A stretch of 64,000 nucleotides of DNA from an uncultured Candidatus Entotheonella sp. (GCA_965217185.1 OZ244252.1:1504001-1568000); one strand, 5' to 3'; positions 28,925 to 39,687 are shown, numbered from the stretch's first letter. The notes: generated by a model from the sequence alone, not told the origin. A program made the numbers and translations.

Positions 28925-29713
28925 TCAGATGCAGCGGACGCCGCCGCCGTCGACCGGGGTGATGGTGCCGGTCATGTAGGAGGCGAGCGGCGAGGCAAGA
29001 AAAACGGCGAAGCTGGCGACTTCATCGGGTTCCCCGGGCCGCCGCAGGAGGTAGCCCTGCATCCAGGCGGCTTCGGTTTCCTGCCGGGATTGGCCGCGCT
29101 CGGCGGCTACGGTTTCCATGATAGTGTCCCAACGCTCGGTGCGGATAGGGCCGGGATTGACGGCATTCACGAGAATACCGTGCGGCCCGCCTTCTTCGGC
29201 CAGCGCCTTGGTCATGTTCATCAGCGCCGCGTTGGCGCCACCCCCGGCGATGTAAGCGGCGGTCGGCTGCCGGCCGGCGGTGCCGATGATGTTGACGATA
29301 CGCCCGCCACCTTTGGCTTGCATCAGGGGGAAAATTTCGCGTATCAGCCGGAGGTAGCCGAACACCTTCAACGACCAATCGGTTTGCCAGTCCTCGTCCG
29401 GCTTGGTGAACAGTGAACCGGCGCGGATGGCGCCGGCGTTGTTGACGAGAATATCGAGCGTGCTGAAGTGGCTGACCGTCTGCTGCACCAGGCTGCGCAC
29501 GCCATCCAGTGAACTCAGGTCGGCGCTCACCGGCAGCACCCGCACGTCGTGGCGTTGCTGCAAATCGTCGGCCACGGTCTCCAAGAGGTCCGCACCCCGG
29601 GCACAGAGGGCCAGATTGACACCTTCGGCCGCCAAACCCTCGGCAATCGCCTTGCCGATTCCCTTGCTGGCGCCTGTCACCAGAGCCACCTGCCCGCGCA
29701 TGTTCAGTTCCAT
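28925..29713 (-). CDS. SDR family oxidoreductase
   Basis: TGASKGIG, NNAG, NPGPIRT and VDGG motifs. Confidence 0.92.
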   Translation of the reverse strand: MELNMRGQVALVTGASKGIGKAIAEGLAAEGVNLALCARGADLLETVADDLQQRHDVRVLPVSADLSSLDGVRSLVQQTVSHFSTLDILVNNAGAIRAGSLFTKPDEDWQTDWSLKVFGYLRLIREIFPLMQAKGGGRIVNIIGTAGRQPTAAYIAGGGANAALMNMTKALAEEGGPHGILVNAVNPGPIRTERWDTIMETVAAERGQSRQETEAAWMQGYLLRRPGEPDEVASFAVFLASPLASYMTGTITPVDGGGVRCI

Positions 29714-29925
29714 GATTCCTTGAATCCTTCCTTGGTTCGATTATTGGCGCGCTGCCATTGTGAAGAATGATCCGCCCCATTCTGTAACCCGACGACTGGC
29801 GGACAAAAACAGAAGATAGCACAGAAACGCCACTCACCCGCCCTGCCCTGTCCGTGTGGTAAGCTTTAGCACCCGTGCGTTGCGGGGAACATTCCGCCGC
29901 CTCAATCCTTGCTGATATGTGAGCC

Positions 29926-30630
29926 ATGAGCGAATTCCGGGACGGCTTGCGGACCGCCATTGCCCTGCTCGTAAATCTCGACGGTGACCTGATGGCCATT
30001 GTCGGATTGTCGCTGTTGGTGAGCCTGTCGGCGGTGCTTCTGGCCGCCATGGTGGGGCTGCCGCTCGGCGCGGCAGTGGCGGCATGCCGTTTTCCCGGCC
30101 GGCAGGCGGTGCGGGTGCTTCTCAACGCACTTCTCGGCATTCCGCCGGTGGTCATCGGACTGATCGTCTACCTGCTGCTGTCGCGTGCCGGACCCCTTGG
30201 CGCCTTGGGGTTGCTGTTCACCCCAACGGCCATGATCATTGCCCAATGGCTGTTGGTGACGCCGATCATCGCCGCCCTGACGCAGCAGACGGTCAGCGAC
30301 CTGCACGACGAATACGCCGAGCAACTGCGGTCACTCGGTGTCGGCTCTTTGCGCGCCATCCCCACCTTGCTGTGGGAGGGCCGTTTGAGCCTGTTGATCG
30401 CCGTGATGGCCGGTTTCGGGCGGGCCATTGCCGAGGTCGGCGCCGTCATCATCGTGGGCGGCAACATCAATCACGTAACCCGCGTCATGACGACCACCAT
30501 CGCGTTGGAAACCAGCAAGGGCAATTTGTCGCTGGCCTTGGCGCTCGGCATGATCCTGCTGCTGCTGGCGCTGGCCGTCAATGCTGCCGCCCTGGTTGCG
30601 CGGGACGTCGTCAATCGACTTTACGGATGA
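29926..30630 (+). CDS. tupB: tungstate ABC transporter permease
   Basis: LLSRAGPLG.LGLLFTP and GFGRAIAEVGAV.IVGGNI...TRVMTT.IALETSKG motifs. Confidence 0.88.
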   Translation: MSEFRDGLRTAIALLVNLDGDLMAIVGLSLLVSLSAVLLAAMVGLPLGAAVAACRFPGRQAVRVLLNALLGIPPVVIGLIVYLLLSRAGPLGALGLLFTPTAMIIAQWLLVTPIIAALTQQTVSDLHDEYAEQLRSLGVGSLRAIPTLLWEGRLSLLIAVMAGFGRAIAEVGAVIIVGGNINHVTRVMTTTIALETSKGNLSLALALGMILLLLALAVNAAALVARDVVNRLYG

Positions 30631-30639
30631 AGGACTGAC

Positions 30640-31395
30640 GTGACAGCGTCCGATACCCAAGGCCAACGTACCGGCGATACCGCCAGCATTTTGCCGCTGC
30701 GGGTACGCGACATCTGCTTCGACGCGGGCGGCAAGCGGCTGATTGAGCACATCTCGTTCACGGTCCATGCGGGGCCATGCCTGATTGTCCTGGGACCCAA
30801 TGGCGCCGGCAAGAGCTTGTTGCTGCGCCTTTGCCACGGGCTGCTGTCCCCTTCTGAAGGCACTATCGAATGGACCGAAGCCGATCCCATCCGCGCCCGG
30901 AACCAACAAGCCATGGTGTTTCAGCGCCCGGTGCTGCTGCGCCGTTCGGTAGCGGCGAACGCCCATTTCGGCCTGCGGCTGCGCCGGGTGCCGCGCCGGG
31001 AGCGGCAGGCAGTGGTGGCCGAGGCACTGCGACAGGGCGGCTTGACTCATGTGGTCAACCGCCCTGCGCGGGTGCTGTCCGGCGGCGAGCAGCAACGCCT
31101 GGCCCTGGTGCGCGCCTGGACGCTGCAGCCGCAGGTGTTGTTTCTCGACGAACCGACAGCGCACCTCGACCCGGCGGCCACGCGGGCCGTTGAAACGCTG
31201 CTGAAGCAGTTCCACGCCGCCGGCACCAAGCTCATCATGACGACTCACGACCTCGGCCAAGCCCGCCGGCTGGCCGACGAGGTGCTCTTTCTGCACCGCG
31301 GCCGATTACTTGAGCACAGTCCGGCCAACTCGTTCTTTGCTCAACCGCACAGCGCCGAGGCGGTTGCGTTTCTCAACGGGGACCTGCTTTGGTAA
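30640..31395 (+). CDS. tupC: tungstate ABC transporter ATP-binding protein
   Basis: GPNGAGKS, FQRPVLLRRS, LSGGEQQR and LDEPT motifs. Confidence 0.85.
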   Translation: MTASDTQGQRTGDTASILPLRVRDICFDAGGKRLIEHISFTVHAGPCLIVLGPNGAGKSLLLRLCHGLLSPSEGTIEWTEADPIRARNQQAMVFQRPVLLRRSVAANAHFGLRLRRVPRRERQAVVAEALRQGGLTHVVNRPARVLSGGEQQRLALVRAWTLQPQVLFLDEPTAHLDPAATRAVETLLKQFHAAGTKLIMTTHDLGQARRLADEVLFLHRGRLLEHSPANSFFAQPHSAEAVAFLNGDLLW

Positions 31396-31465
31396 ACACG
31401 GATTGGACCAATGCCGGGAGGAGGCGACGCATTGCGATCGGTACGCTTATTGACTTGTCATCAGA

Positions 31466-32716
31466 ATGAAAACGGTGGATTCGATGTCTCGGCCATGTGA
31501 CCCGCGCGGTCCAGGCGTGCAACTGCCTGCGGCACCCGACCCGGTGAGGGAACCGCAACCCTCTGGTCATCCGGCGGCTCTGGCCTTGGCCGGCCTTGTG
31601 TCGCTTGCGGTCGCCATCGGCATCGGCCGCTTTGTCTACACGCCGATCCTGCCTTACATGACCGTTGGCCTGGAGCTCAGTAAGTCGGAAGCGGGCCTGA
31701 TTGCATCGGCCAACTTCTTGGGATATCTGCTGGGCGCCGTCGCGGTGGCATGGCGCGCCTTGCCGGGGGACCCCCGCCGCTGGCTGCTCGGCACCCTGGT
31801 GGTGAGTGGGCTCAGCACCGGCGCGATGGCGCTGACAACAAGCCTGGGCCCGTTCTTGCTTCTGCGTTTTACAGGCGGTGCTGCCGGCGCGCTGGTGATG
31901 GTGCTGGCGTCTTCCCTGGTCATGGACCGGCTCGCCGCCGCCGGACGGGCCGGTTGGGCAGCGGTGATGTATGCGGGGGTCGGCTGCGGCATTGCGATCT
32001 CGGCCCTGGCGGTGCCGGCCATTGCATCGGGAGGTAGCGACTGGCAAGGTCCGTGGCTGTTCTGCGGCGCCCTTTCCCTCGCCTTGTCGATCCTGGTCGG
32101 GGTGCTGCTGCGAATCCCTCCGACTCCTGTGACAGCGGCGGCAGGTGCTGGGGCCGATAAGGAGGACCACGGTCTTCGCCGTTTCATTCTCGCCTACGGT
32201 CTGTTCGGTTTCGGCTACGTCATCACCGCTACGTTCGTCTCCGACATGGTGCGCGCCGATCCGGTATTGCAACCGGCCGAAAATTTGGTGTGGCTTTGCG
32301 TCGGGCTAACGGCAGCGCCGTCCGTCCCGCTTTGGTGTTGGGCCGGCCGTCGCTGGGGCAACGAGCGTGTCTTTGCGATTGCCTGCCTGGTTGAGGCAGG
32401 AGGCGTGGCGCTAAGCGTGTTGGGAGGCGGCATTGGGCACCTGCTTCTGGCGGCCGGCCTTCTTGGCGGGACGTTCGTGGGACTGACCGCGCTCGGTCTC
32501 GTGCACATCCGCCGCCTGTCCAGCCGCGACCCGCGCCGCAATCTGGCCCTGATGACCGCCGCCTTTGGGCTGGGGCAGATGGTCGGCCCGACTCTGGCCG
32601 GCGTGTTACACGATTCGCTGGGCAGCTATCTGGCTGCGTCGTTAATTGCCGCAGCTGCTCTCATGGCCGCTGCAGCGCTGGCCACCCGCCGAATGGTCCG
32701 CATTCCGTACAGTTGA
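31466..32716 (+). CDS. YbfB/YjiJ family MFS transporter
   Basis: GIGRFVYTPILP, ASANFLGYL and YGLFGFGYVI.ATF motifs. Confidence 0.88.
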   Translation: MKTVDSMSRPCDPRGPGVQLPAAPDPVREPQPSGHPAALALAGLVSLAVAIGIGRFVYTPILPYMTVGLELSKSEAGLIASANFLGYLLGAVAVAWRALPGDPRRWLLGTLVVSGLSTGAMALTTSLGPFLLLRFTGGAAGALVMVLASSLVMDRLAAAGRAGWAAVMYAGVGCGIAISALAVPAIASGGSDWQGPWLFCGALSLALSILVGVLLRIPPTPVTAAAGAGADKEDHGLRRFILAYGLFGFGYVITATFVSDMVRADPVLQPAENLVWLCVGLTAAPSVPLWCWAGRRWGNERVFAIACLVEAGGVALSVLGGGIGHLLLAAGLLGGTFVGLTALGLVHIRRLSSRDPRRNLALMTAAFGLGQMVGPTLAGVLHDSLGSYLAASLIAAAALMAAAALATRRMVRIPYS

Positions 32717-32727
32717 GAAAACGTCCC

Positions 32728-33549
32728 ATGTTTCTCCGCCTGATCGTCACTCTCCTGTTCTTGCACGCAAACGGCCCCGCCGTTGCCGCGGAACGCTTCA
32801 TCACCGTCGCCTCGACTACTTCCACCGAGAACTCCGGCCTTTTCCAGGCCATTCTACCGCTGTTCGAGCGCGCCACCGGCATCGCCGTGCGCGTCGTGGC
32901 GGTGGGAACCGGCCAAGCTGTTCGCATGGCAGAACGGGGCGACGCCGACGTGTTATTCGTCCATCACCAACCGTCCGAAGAGCAATTCGTGGCCGATGGC
33001 TTCGGGGTCAAGCGCCATGACGTGATGTATAACGATTTCGTGCTGGTGGGTCCGCGGCACGATCCGGCGAATGTCGGCGGCGGGTCCGATGCAACCGGCG
33101 CTCTGGCGCGGGTCGCCGCGCAACGGGCGGTGTTCGTCTCACGCGGCGACGACAGCGGTACGCACAAGCGGGAATTGAGTCTGTGGCAAGCGGCGGGAAT
33201 CGACGTGGCAGCGGCCAGCGGCACTTGGTACCGCGAGAGCGGCGCCGGTATGGGGACAACGCTCAACATCGCCAGCGGCATGGGCGCCTACACCCTCACT
33301 GACCGCGGCACCTGGCTCAATTTCGGCAACAGAGGGGATTTGGTGATGCTGGTGGAGGGCGACCGGCGCCTGTTCAACCCCTATGGCGTCATATTGGTGA
33401 ACCCGCAGCGCCACCCGCACGTCAAGGCGGCGGACGGCCAAACGTTCATCGACTGGCTGCTGTCGCCGGACGGGCAAGGAGCCATTGCGGCGTATCGCAT
33501 CGACGGCCAGCCGGTTTTCTTTCCCAGCGCCGACAACGACACCCCGTAA
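32728..33549 (+). CDS. tupA: tungstate ABC transporter substrate-binding protein
   Basis: STTSTENSGL, VGTGQA, SRGDDSGTH and YTLTDRGT motifs. Confidence 0.92.
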   Translation: MFLRLIVTLLFLHANGPAVAAERFITVASTTSTENSGLFQAILPLFERATGIAVRVVAVGTGQAVRMAERGDADVLFVHHQPSEEQFVADGFGVKRHDVMYNDFVLVGPRHDPANVGGGSDATGALARVAAQRAVFVSRGDDSGTHKRELSLWQAAGIDVAAASGTWYRESGAGMGTTLNIASGMGAYTLTDRGTWLNFGNRGDLVMLVEGDRRLFNPYGVILVNPQRHPHVKAADGQTFIDWLLSPDGQGAIAAYRIDGQPVFFPSADNDTP

Positions 33550-33557
33550 ACGCTGCC

Positions 33558-34406
33558 TCAGCCCTTGACCGCGCCGGTTATGCCGGAGACGTAATTTTCG
33601 ACGAAGAAGGAATAGACGAAGGCCACCGGAATCGAGCCCAGCAACGCCCCGGCCATCAGCGAGCCCCAGAAGAACACGTCGCCCTTCATCAGTTCGCTCA
33701 CCACGCCGACCGGGATGGTCTTCTGCTGCGGCGAGGAGATGAATACCAGGGCGTAGAGGAACTCGTTCCACGACAGCGTGAACGAGAAGATGCCGGCGGA
33801 GAGAATGCCCGGCATGCTAAGCGGCAGGACGATTTTCGTCATCGCCTGCAGGCGTGTCGCGCCGTCGATGCGGGCGCACTCCTCGAGCTCGCGGGGGATC
33901 GTCTTGAAGTATCCCATCAGCAACCAGGCCGAGAACGGCACCAGGAAGGTGGGATACGTCAGGATGAGCGCCCACGACGAATCGAGCAGCCGCAAGTTGG
34001 CAATCACCGAGGCCAGCGGGATGAACAGCAAGGTGGGCGGCACCAGGTAGGTGATGAAAATCGAGATGCCGAAGGTCGCCGAGCCCGGAAAGCGCAGGCG
34101 CGACAGCGAGTAGCCGGCCAGGATGCCGGCAAACAGGGAGATGGCGGTGGACGCCGTGGCGATCCACAGGGTGTTCCAGGCCCAACGCGCGAACATCGTC
34201 TCCTTGAACAGGTAGAGCCAGTGCTCCAGCGTGGGCTGCAACACGATGAACGGCGAGCGCCGCACGTTGTACAGCTCGAAGTCCGGCTTGATCGAGGTGA
34301 TGAACATCCAGTAAAACGGGAACAACATCGCCGCCACGAACAGGAACAGCGGGATGTAGAAGACGATCAACCGCTTGAAAAACGTCTCGCCGACATACGC
34401 TTGCAT
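33558..34406 (-). CDS. carbohydrate ABC transporter permease
   Basis: LEECARIDGA and WNEFLYA motifs. Confidence 0.92.
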   Translation of the reverse strand: MQAYVGETFFKRLIVFYIPLFLFVAAMLFPFYWMFITSIKPDFELYNVRRSPFIVLQPTLEHWLYLFKETMFARWAWNTLWIATASTAISLFAGILAGYSLSRLRFPGSATFGISIFITYLVPPTLLFIPLASVIANLRLLDSSWALILTYPTFLVPFSAWLLMGYFKTIPRELEECARIDGATRLQAMTKIVLPLSMPGILSAGIFSFTLSWNEFLYALVFISSPQQKTIPVGVVSELMKGDVFFWGSLMAGALLGSIPVAFVYSFFVENYVSGITGAVKG

Positions 34407-34490
34407 GAATGGAACCGCCTCTGTGGGATAACCGCGCGGCTAAAGCATTTCCGTATCTGAACGAATCATCAGGAAGCCAGCGCAGTGGAA

Positions 34491-34521
34491 TGTCGGATTA
34501 CGCTTCGCTGATCCGACCTGC
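34491..34521 (-). repeat. single GTAG-family REP-like palindrome
   Basis: Minus strand reads GCAG-GTCGGATCAGCGAAGCGTAATCCGAC-A; intergenic. Confidence 0.6.
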
Positions 34522-34523
34522 AA

Positions 34524-35546
34524 TTAGTTGCTGGCCTCGCGCCGCAGATAGAAAAGCTGCCACAGGATGACCAGCCCGAGGATGGGGAACATGAACAGCG
34601 CCGCGGCGGCACCCTCGCCCAGGTTGCCCGAGGTCATGCCGAGTTGGTAGGCCAGAGTGGCCAACAAGTGGGTGCTGTTGTGCGGCCCGCCGCGGGTGAG
34701 AATATATACCACCTGAAAATCCGAGAACGTCACCACGAACGAAAACACCGTTACCACCACGGCGATGGGTTTGATCAGCGGCAGGGTAATGTGCCAGAAC
34801 TTCTGGAACTCGTTGGTGCCGTCGATGTTGCCGGCGTCATAAAGCTCCGGCGGCACCGTCTGCAGGCCCGCCAGGAACGAGATGGCGAAGAACGGCAGGC
34901 CGCGCCAAGCGTTCACCAGAATGATCGAGAACATCGCCAGACTCGGACTGCCCAGCCACAGCGGACCCCGCACGTAGCCCCAGTTTTCCTTCAGCGCTAG
35001 GCCGAAAACACTGATCTCCATTTGCCACATCCACTTCAGCATCCAGTTGAACACGCTGAAAGTGGCGTCGAACATCCACAGCCACGCCAGGCCGCTGAGC
35101 ACGGTGGGAACGATGAACGGCAGCAGCACGGTAGCGCGGGTGAGGCGCGCCAGCCGGAACTTGCGGTTCAGCAGGATGGCGAGCCACATACCGAGCACCG
35201 CCTTGATCACCGTGGCGGCGATGGTAAAGATGACCGTGTTCCACGCCGCCTGGTGAAAAATTTCGCTCTTCAGAAGCTTGGCAAAATTGGCCAGGCCGAC
35301 GAAATTGCCCGCCGTGCCGACTACCTTGTCAGTGAGGGACATCCACACGCCCAAGGAGAACGGATAAGCGATGAACACGACGATCAGCAGCAGGGCCGGC
35401 ACCATCAGCACGTAACCGAGTACGGCCTCGTTCTCCAGCCACTGGCCGATGCGTTTGCTCAACGGCAGGCGCGCTATGGCTTCCAGGGTATTGGACGATA
35501 CGGTAGAGATAGGTGGCGTTGTGGATTTCAAGGGATGTTCCTGCAT
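34524..35546 (-). CDS. carbohydrate ABC transporter permease
   Basis: FVGLANF, LYDAGNIDG and LTRGGP motifs. Confidence 0.9.
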   Translation of the reverse strand: MQEHPLKSTTPPISTVSSNTLEAIARLPLSKRIGQWLENEAVLGYVLMVPALLLIVVFIAYPFSLGVWMSLTDKVVGTAGNFVGLANFAKLLKSEIFHQAAWNTVIFTIAATVIKAVLGMWLAILLNRKFRLARLTRATVLLPFIVPTVLSGLAWLWMFDATFSVFNWMLKWMWQMEISVFGLALKENWGYVRGPLWLGSPSLAMFSIILVNAWRGLPFFAISFLAGLQTVPPELYDAGNIDGTNEFQKFWHITLPLIKPIAVVVTVFSFVVTFSDFQVVYILTRGGPHNSTHLLATLAYQLGMTSGNLGEGAAAALFMFPILGLVILWQLFYLRREASN

Positions 35547-35594
35547 GGGGAGGATGCGCCCACCGGTTGCGGACACGGCAGGCGCAGCGGCAGA

Positions 35595-36938
35595 TTACGC
35601 TTCGTAAATGGCCTTCAATTCCCTTTCGGCCGACTCAATGACGCTCTGGGTCGAGTCGCCCCGGACCGCCTTGGCGAACAGGTCGACGATGATGTATTTG
35701 GCAAACGCCTCTGAGGACGCGCGGTTGTACGGCCCGGCGTACCCGAGGTTGCGGCCGTACTGCGGCAGCTCGCGGTAGATGGTGACGGCCGGGTCTTCCT
35801 CCCACATCGGGTGTTCCTGCCACTTCGGCAGCGGGCCGTTGATGTAGCCCTTGTTGAGCACCAGGAACTTCTCGAAGTTGTCGTCCTGGTGAACGAAGCG
35901 GATGTAGTCGCGCGCCGCCTCCTTGTTGGACGAGTAGCGCGTGATGCAGTTGGTGAACGGCCCGATGCCGTGGTAGCGTCCGTGCGGGCCTTCGGGAATC
36001 AGGAAGTGGCCCAGCCGGTCGGCGAAACCGGGGGCGACTTTGCGGGGATCGTTGCGGGCGACGAAATAAATGCTGGCGCCGTTCAGGGTGACGGCAATGG
36101 TTTCCGCCAGAAAGGCGCGGTTGTTGCTCGTGTCGTCCCACGCCAAGCCGCCTTCGTCGCAGGCGGCGGACCAGAACTCTTTGAGGAAATCCACCGCGTT
36201 GGCCGTCTCCCGGCTGTTCAGGGCCACCTTCCCGTCTTCGTCAACTTCCTTGCCGCCGAAGCACCACAACAGGGTGTAGGCGAAACCGGGAGCGTCTCCA
36301 AAGGTGTGGCCGAGGCTCTGGCCGATCGGCATGCCGTAATGTTTCAGCTTCTTGCCGGCTTCCAGGTACTCGTCCCAGGTTGCCGGCGGAGCGGCGATGC
36401 CGACTTCCTCGAAGATGTCCTTGCGGTAAACGTTGGCGCCGCCGCCGAAGAAGTTGGGCACGCCGCGGTGCACACCCTTCTCGTCGCGTACGGCCTCACG
36501 GATGAACGGGTAAATCTCGTCGCCCCCGAGTTCTGCGATGAGGTCGTTGTGATCGTCAAGACCCTCGGAATATAGCAGCGGGTAGTTGGAAAGTAGTTGC
36601 AGAATATCGGGGCCCGTGCCGCCCTCGATGGCTGCGGTTGACCGCGCCGGCAGGTCGTTGGCGTTGATGTGCTCCATGGTCACCTTCACCCCGGCCTGCT
36701 TGCCGAATTCCGCCGCCTGCCGATCCCGCTCGACGTCGGCGGGGGCGACGAAACTGCTCCACTCCAGGACGTGCAGGGTTCGTTCCTGTGCGAAGACCGG
36801 TGCCTGACCGGTCAGCCAGTTCGTGCCGGCGATAGCCGCCAAGGCCGCTCCCGCTTTACCCGTGTGCGCCAGGAAATCCCGCCGCCGCATCCGGCCGGGG
36901 ACCGTTTTATCCCGTTGCCGCCCTGCTTCGTGTGTCAT
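35595..36938 (-). CDS. ABC substrate-binding protein, Tat-exported
   Basis: RRRDFL signal; GHTFGDA and WDDTSNNRAF motifs. Confidence 0.88.
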   Translation of the reverse strand: MTHEAGRQRDKTVPGRMRRRDFLAHTGKAGAALAAIAGTNWLTGQAPVFAQERTLHVLEWSSFVAPADVERDRQAAEFGKQAGVKVTMEHINANDLPARSTAAIEGGTGPDILQLLSNYPLLYSEGLDDHNDLIAELGGDEIYPFIREAVRDEKGVHRGVPNFFGGGANVYRKDIFEEVGIAAPPATWDEYLEAGKKLKHYGMPIGQSLGHTFGDAPGFAYTLLWCFGGKEVDEDGKVALNSRETANAVDFLKEFWSAACDEGGLAWDDTSNNRAFLAETIAVTLNGASIYFVARNDPRKVAPGFADRLGHFLIPEGPHGRYHGIGPFTNCITRYSSNKEAARDYIRFVHQDDNFEKFLVLNKGYINGPLPKWQEHPMWEEDPAVTIYRELPQYGRNLGYAGPYNRASSEAFAKYIIVDLFAKAVRGDSTQSVIESAERELKAIYEA

Positions 36939-37082
36939 GACTTGCCTCCATAAGGCGCTGCCGCGCCTGACCTGCGGTACCATCTCATTGTCATCGGTGG
37001 GTGCCTAGTATCGTGTTTTCTCTTGCGCTGTCAAGCCGGCGGGCGGTCGTCAACCCGGCTGGTGCAAATCGCAAATGAACCG

Positions 37083-38465
37083 CTACAGAGAGCGGAGGAA
37101 TTGCAGCAAGGCTTCGCGCTCGGCGCGGGGCAGGCGGCGAAAATACGCCTTGGAGGCGTCAGCCTCGCCGCCGTGCCAGAGAATAGCCTCCGCAAGATTT
37201 CGGGCGCGGCCGTCGTGCAGGAAGTAGGTGTGCCGGTTGACCGTTTCCACGAGCCCGATGCCCCACAGGGGCGGTGTGCGCCATTCCGAGCCGGTGGCCT
37301 CGAAATCCGGTCGGCCGTCGGCCAGGACAGCGCCCATATCGTGCAGCAGAAGATCGGTGTATGGGTGGATCACCTGCCGCGACAAATCCGGCAAGCCGGG
37401 CACCTCGCCCGTGCGCAAGGTGGGTGTGTGGCAGGCGCCGCATTGTGCTTCCTCGAACAGTTTCCTGCCGCGCCGCACGTCTGACTGCTGCAAGTCACGA
37501 CGGGCCGGAACCGCCAGGGTGCGGCTGTAGAAAACCACGTGCCCGAATAGTTTGTCGGACAACTCGGGGGTGCCGCCGTTCAGTGCTTGCCGGCATGCCA
37601 CGGCGTTGGGGGGGCAGTTTTCATCGGGGAAAAGGGGCGAGGTAATGCCAATGTCGCCGAGAAACGCCCCAGCCACCTGCTGGGCCACGTTGGGTTGATT
37701 GGCTTTCCAGCCGAAGCGCCCCAGAACCGTTTGCCGCCGAACCTTGTCCCATACCCGATTGGGCCGCCCGGAAATACCGTCGCCATCGGTGTCATCGGGG
37801 TCGGCCTGGCCTAGCAGCGCCTCCGCGGGCACCGCCTCGAGCAGCCCGAGTCCGATCATGACCGGAGCGACGCGGGGTGACAGGAGGGTCTTCTGTTGCA
37901 TTGGGCCGTATCGGAGATCGGTGAAGGCGTACGTCGGTTTTCGCAGGCTGTAGGGCTCGCCGTCGCCATACGTGCCGAGAATCTCCTCGTAGGTCACCAG
38001 CACCCTGCCCTCCGGTGGCACCCCGTGCACCGCCAAGCTGTTCAATTGGTCGCCGTAGGTAGGCTCCGGTACAACCCCTCGCTGTGCGTCACGACCCGGA
38101 ATACTGAGGCGCACCAGCATCGACAGCATATCCTCGCCGGGTTCCGGCGGCCGGCCGCGGCCGTCGTGCAAGTGGCAGGCGGAGCAGGAACGGGCATTGA
38201 ATAGCGGTCCGAGGCCGTCGCGCGCCGTGGTGGACGACGGCGCGCCGACCCAATTGCGGTTGAAGAAGGAATTGCCAACAAAGAATTGGGTTTCCTGGTC
38301 CGGCGTCAGGTGGGGCAACGGTTGTTCAAAGGCCTGCCGCGTCGTGGCGTACACGGTTGCGGCGCCGCCCGAAAGCGCCTCCGATACTTCTTCCGAGAAC
38401 GCTGCGCTCGACATGAGCGCGGCGGCAAGGAGGCATGCGGGTAAGACCAGAAACATCCGTCGCAT
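37083..38465 (-). CDS. di-haem oxidoreductase (DHOR) family protein
   Basis: DGLGPLFNA.SCSACH, GRFGWKA, CGACH and WRTPPLWG motifs. Confidence 0.9.
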   Translation of the reverse strand: MRRMFLVLPACLLAAALMSSAAFSEEVSEALSGGAATVYATTRQAFEQPLPHLTPDQETQFFVGNSFFNRNWVGAPSSTTARDGLGPLFNARSCSACHLHDGRGRPPEPGEDMLSMLVRLSIPGRDAQRGVVPEPTYGDQLNSLAVHGVPPEGRVLVTYEEILGTYGDGEPYSLRKPTYAFTDLRYGPMQQKTLLSPRVAPVMIGLGLLEAVPAEALLGQADPDDTDGDGISGRPNRVWDKVRRQTVLGRFGWKANQPNVAQQVAGAFLGDIGITSPLFPDENCPPNAVACRQALNGGTPELSDKLFGHVVFYSRTLAVPARRDLQQSDVRRGRKLFEEAQCGACHTPTLRTGEVPGLPDLSRQVIHPYTDLLLHDMGAVLADGRPDFEATGSEWRTPPLWGIGLVETVNRHTYFLHDGRARNLAEAILWHGGEADASKAYFRRLPRAEREALLQFLRSL

Positions 38466-38491
38466 AGGATGGCCTATAAGAGGAAGGATGC

Positions 38492-39640
38492 CTACTCGGG
38501 CAACTCGACTTGCAAGTTGGCGATGCCAAGGTCGGCGGCGGCATTGACGGTCGCTTCAGCCTGAGCCCGCAGCGCGTGAATCGCCGCCTGCACCCGTTGA
38601 CGCCCAATCGGTGTGACGATTTCGCGGTCGAACGGTGGCTGGATGGTGTGCACCGCGGCCATGGCGTTGCGCATCACGCGATGCAACTCGGCTTTGCGCC
38701 CGTCTTGCAGCAGCGACAGGACGCCCGGCCCCGCCATCACCGTGCCGTTGCTGCGCACGTATCGGCCCTTGATGACGTTCTGAATCCCCTGGGCGTTGCG
38801 GATGATGTCGACGTGGGTGTTGTCGCTGAAGCAGGAATGCTCATCCTCTTGGTCGCTCGATTCGAGAGCCACCGCCATGCGCTCGCCGGCCAGTTCGCTG
38901 CGGCTCAGGGTGCCGATGCCGACCAGAATTTGGCGTAGGGCTTCGTTCGGCTCCTGGCTCAGAAATGCCGCGCGGAAATTGCCGTTCTGCCTGGGCGCCC
39001 ATTCTTGAACCAAGGACTGCAGGTCGGCGACCAGTTGCGCCGCCGCCGTATGGAGATATTGCACCCGCCTTGGGGCTTGTAGGTAATCGGAAATCGGGCG
39101 GGCGCCGGGCCCGTCGGCGCTCAGGTCCTGGCCCCACAGCAGAAATTCGATGGCGTGGTAACCGAGGCTGACGTTCTCTTCGCCGCCCTGCTCGTTGAGC
39201 CCGATAAGGTGTTCTTGGGTAATCGGCGCGTCGGGATCGTTGATAATGCCGGCGCACGGGTTGCCCTGCACGTAGTCGACGTAACTCTCGTCCATCGGCC
39301 AGGCGTTGAGCTGACCCTCCGGCCCGTCGGCGTCGTCGATGGGCCCGCCGTAGAATCTGAACGCCTCGGTCTGGCCATACGGGATGCGCGACCGCTTCCA
39401 GGCGTTCTTGGCGGCTTCCAGGGAGGCGGCGCTGGGCCGGTCGGTCAACGTCTGCAAGGCGCTTTGCAAGGCAGCGGCCCGCCGATAAGAATCCTCGTAG
39501 CCGGCGTGCACGATGTCGGCATAATGGGCCACCACCTGCTGCACGGTGGCGAGGTCGGCGCCTTCCACCGGTGGACTGGACGCCAGGCCGGCCAGCAAGA
39601 ACAGCAAGCAAGAGACGAAAGCCAGGGAACGTGTTCGCAT
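38492..39640 (-). CDS. imelysin/IrpA-like iron-regulated protein
   Basis: QTEAFRFYGGPID, NAWP.DE, GYHAIEFLLWGQD and EDEHSCFSDNT motifs. Confidence 0.92.
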   Translation of the reverse strand: MRTRSLAFVSCLLFLLAGLASSPPVEGADLATVQQVVAHYADIVHAGYEDSYRRAAALQSALQTLTDRPSAASLEAAKNAWKRSRIPYGQTEAFRFYGGPIDDADGPEGQLNAWPMDESYVDYVQGNPCAGIINDPDAPITQEHLIGLNEQGGEENVSLGYHAIEFLLWGQDLSADGPGARPISDYLQAPRRVQYLHTAAAQLVADLQSLVQEWAPRQNGNFRAAFLSQEPNEALRQILVGIGTLSRSELAGERMAVALESSDQEDEHSCFSDNTHVDIIRNAQGIQNVIKGRYVRSNGTVMAGPGVLSLLQDGRKAELHRVMRNAMAAVHTIQPPFDREIVTPIGRQRVQAAIHALRAQAEATVNAAADLGIANLQVELPE

Positions 39641-39687
39641 GGTTAGATTCTCCTCCAGACCGAAATGGGGCCGTGGGCTGCGTTTCC

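Noticed and set aside
33558..36938. ABC operon without an ATPase gene
   Set aside because: Sharing a MalK/MsiK-type ATPase is common in carbohydrate ABC systems, so this is not unusual.
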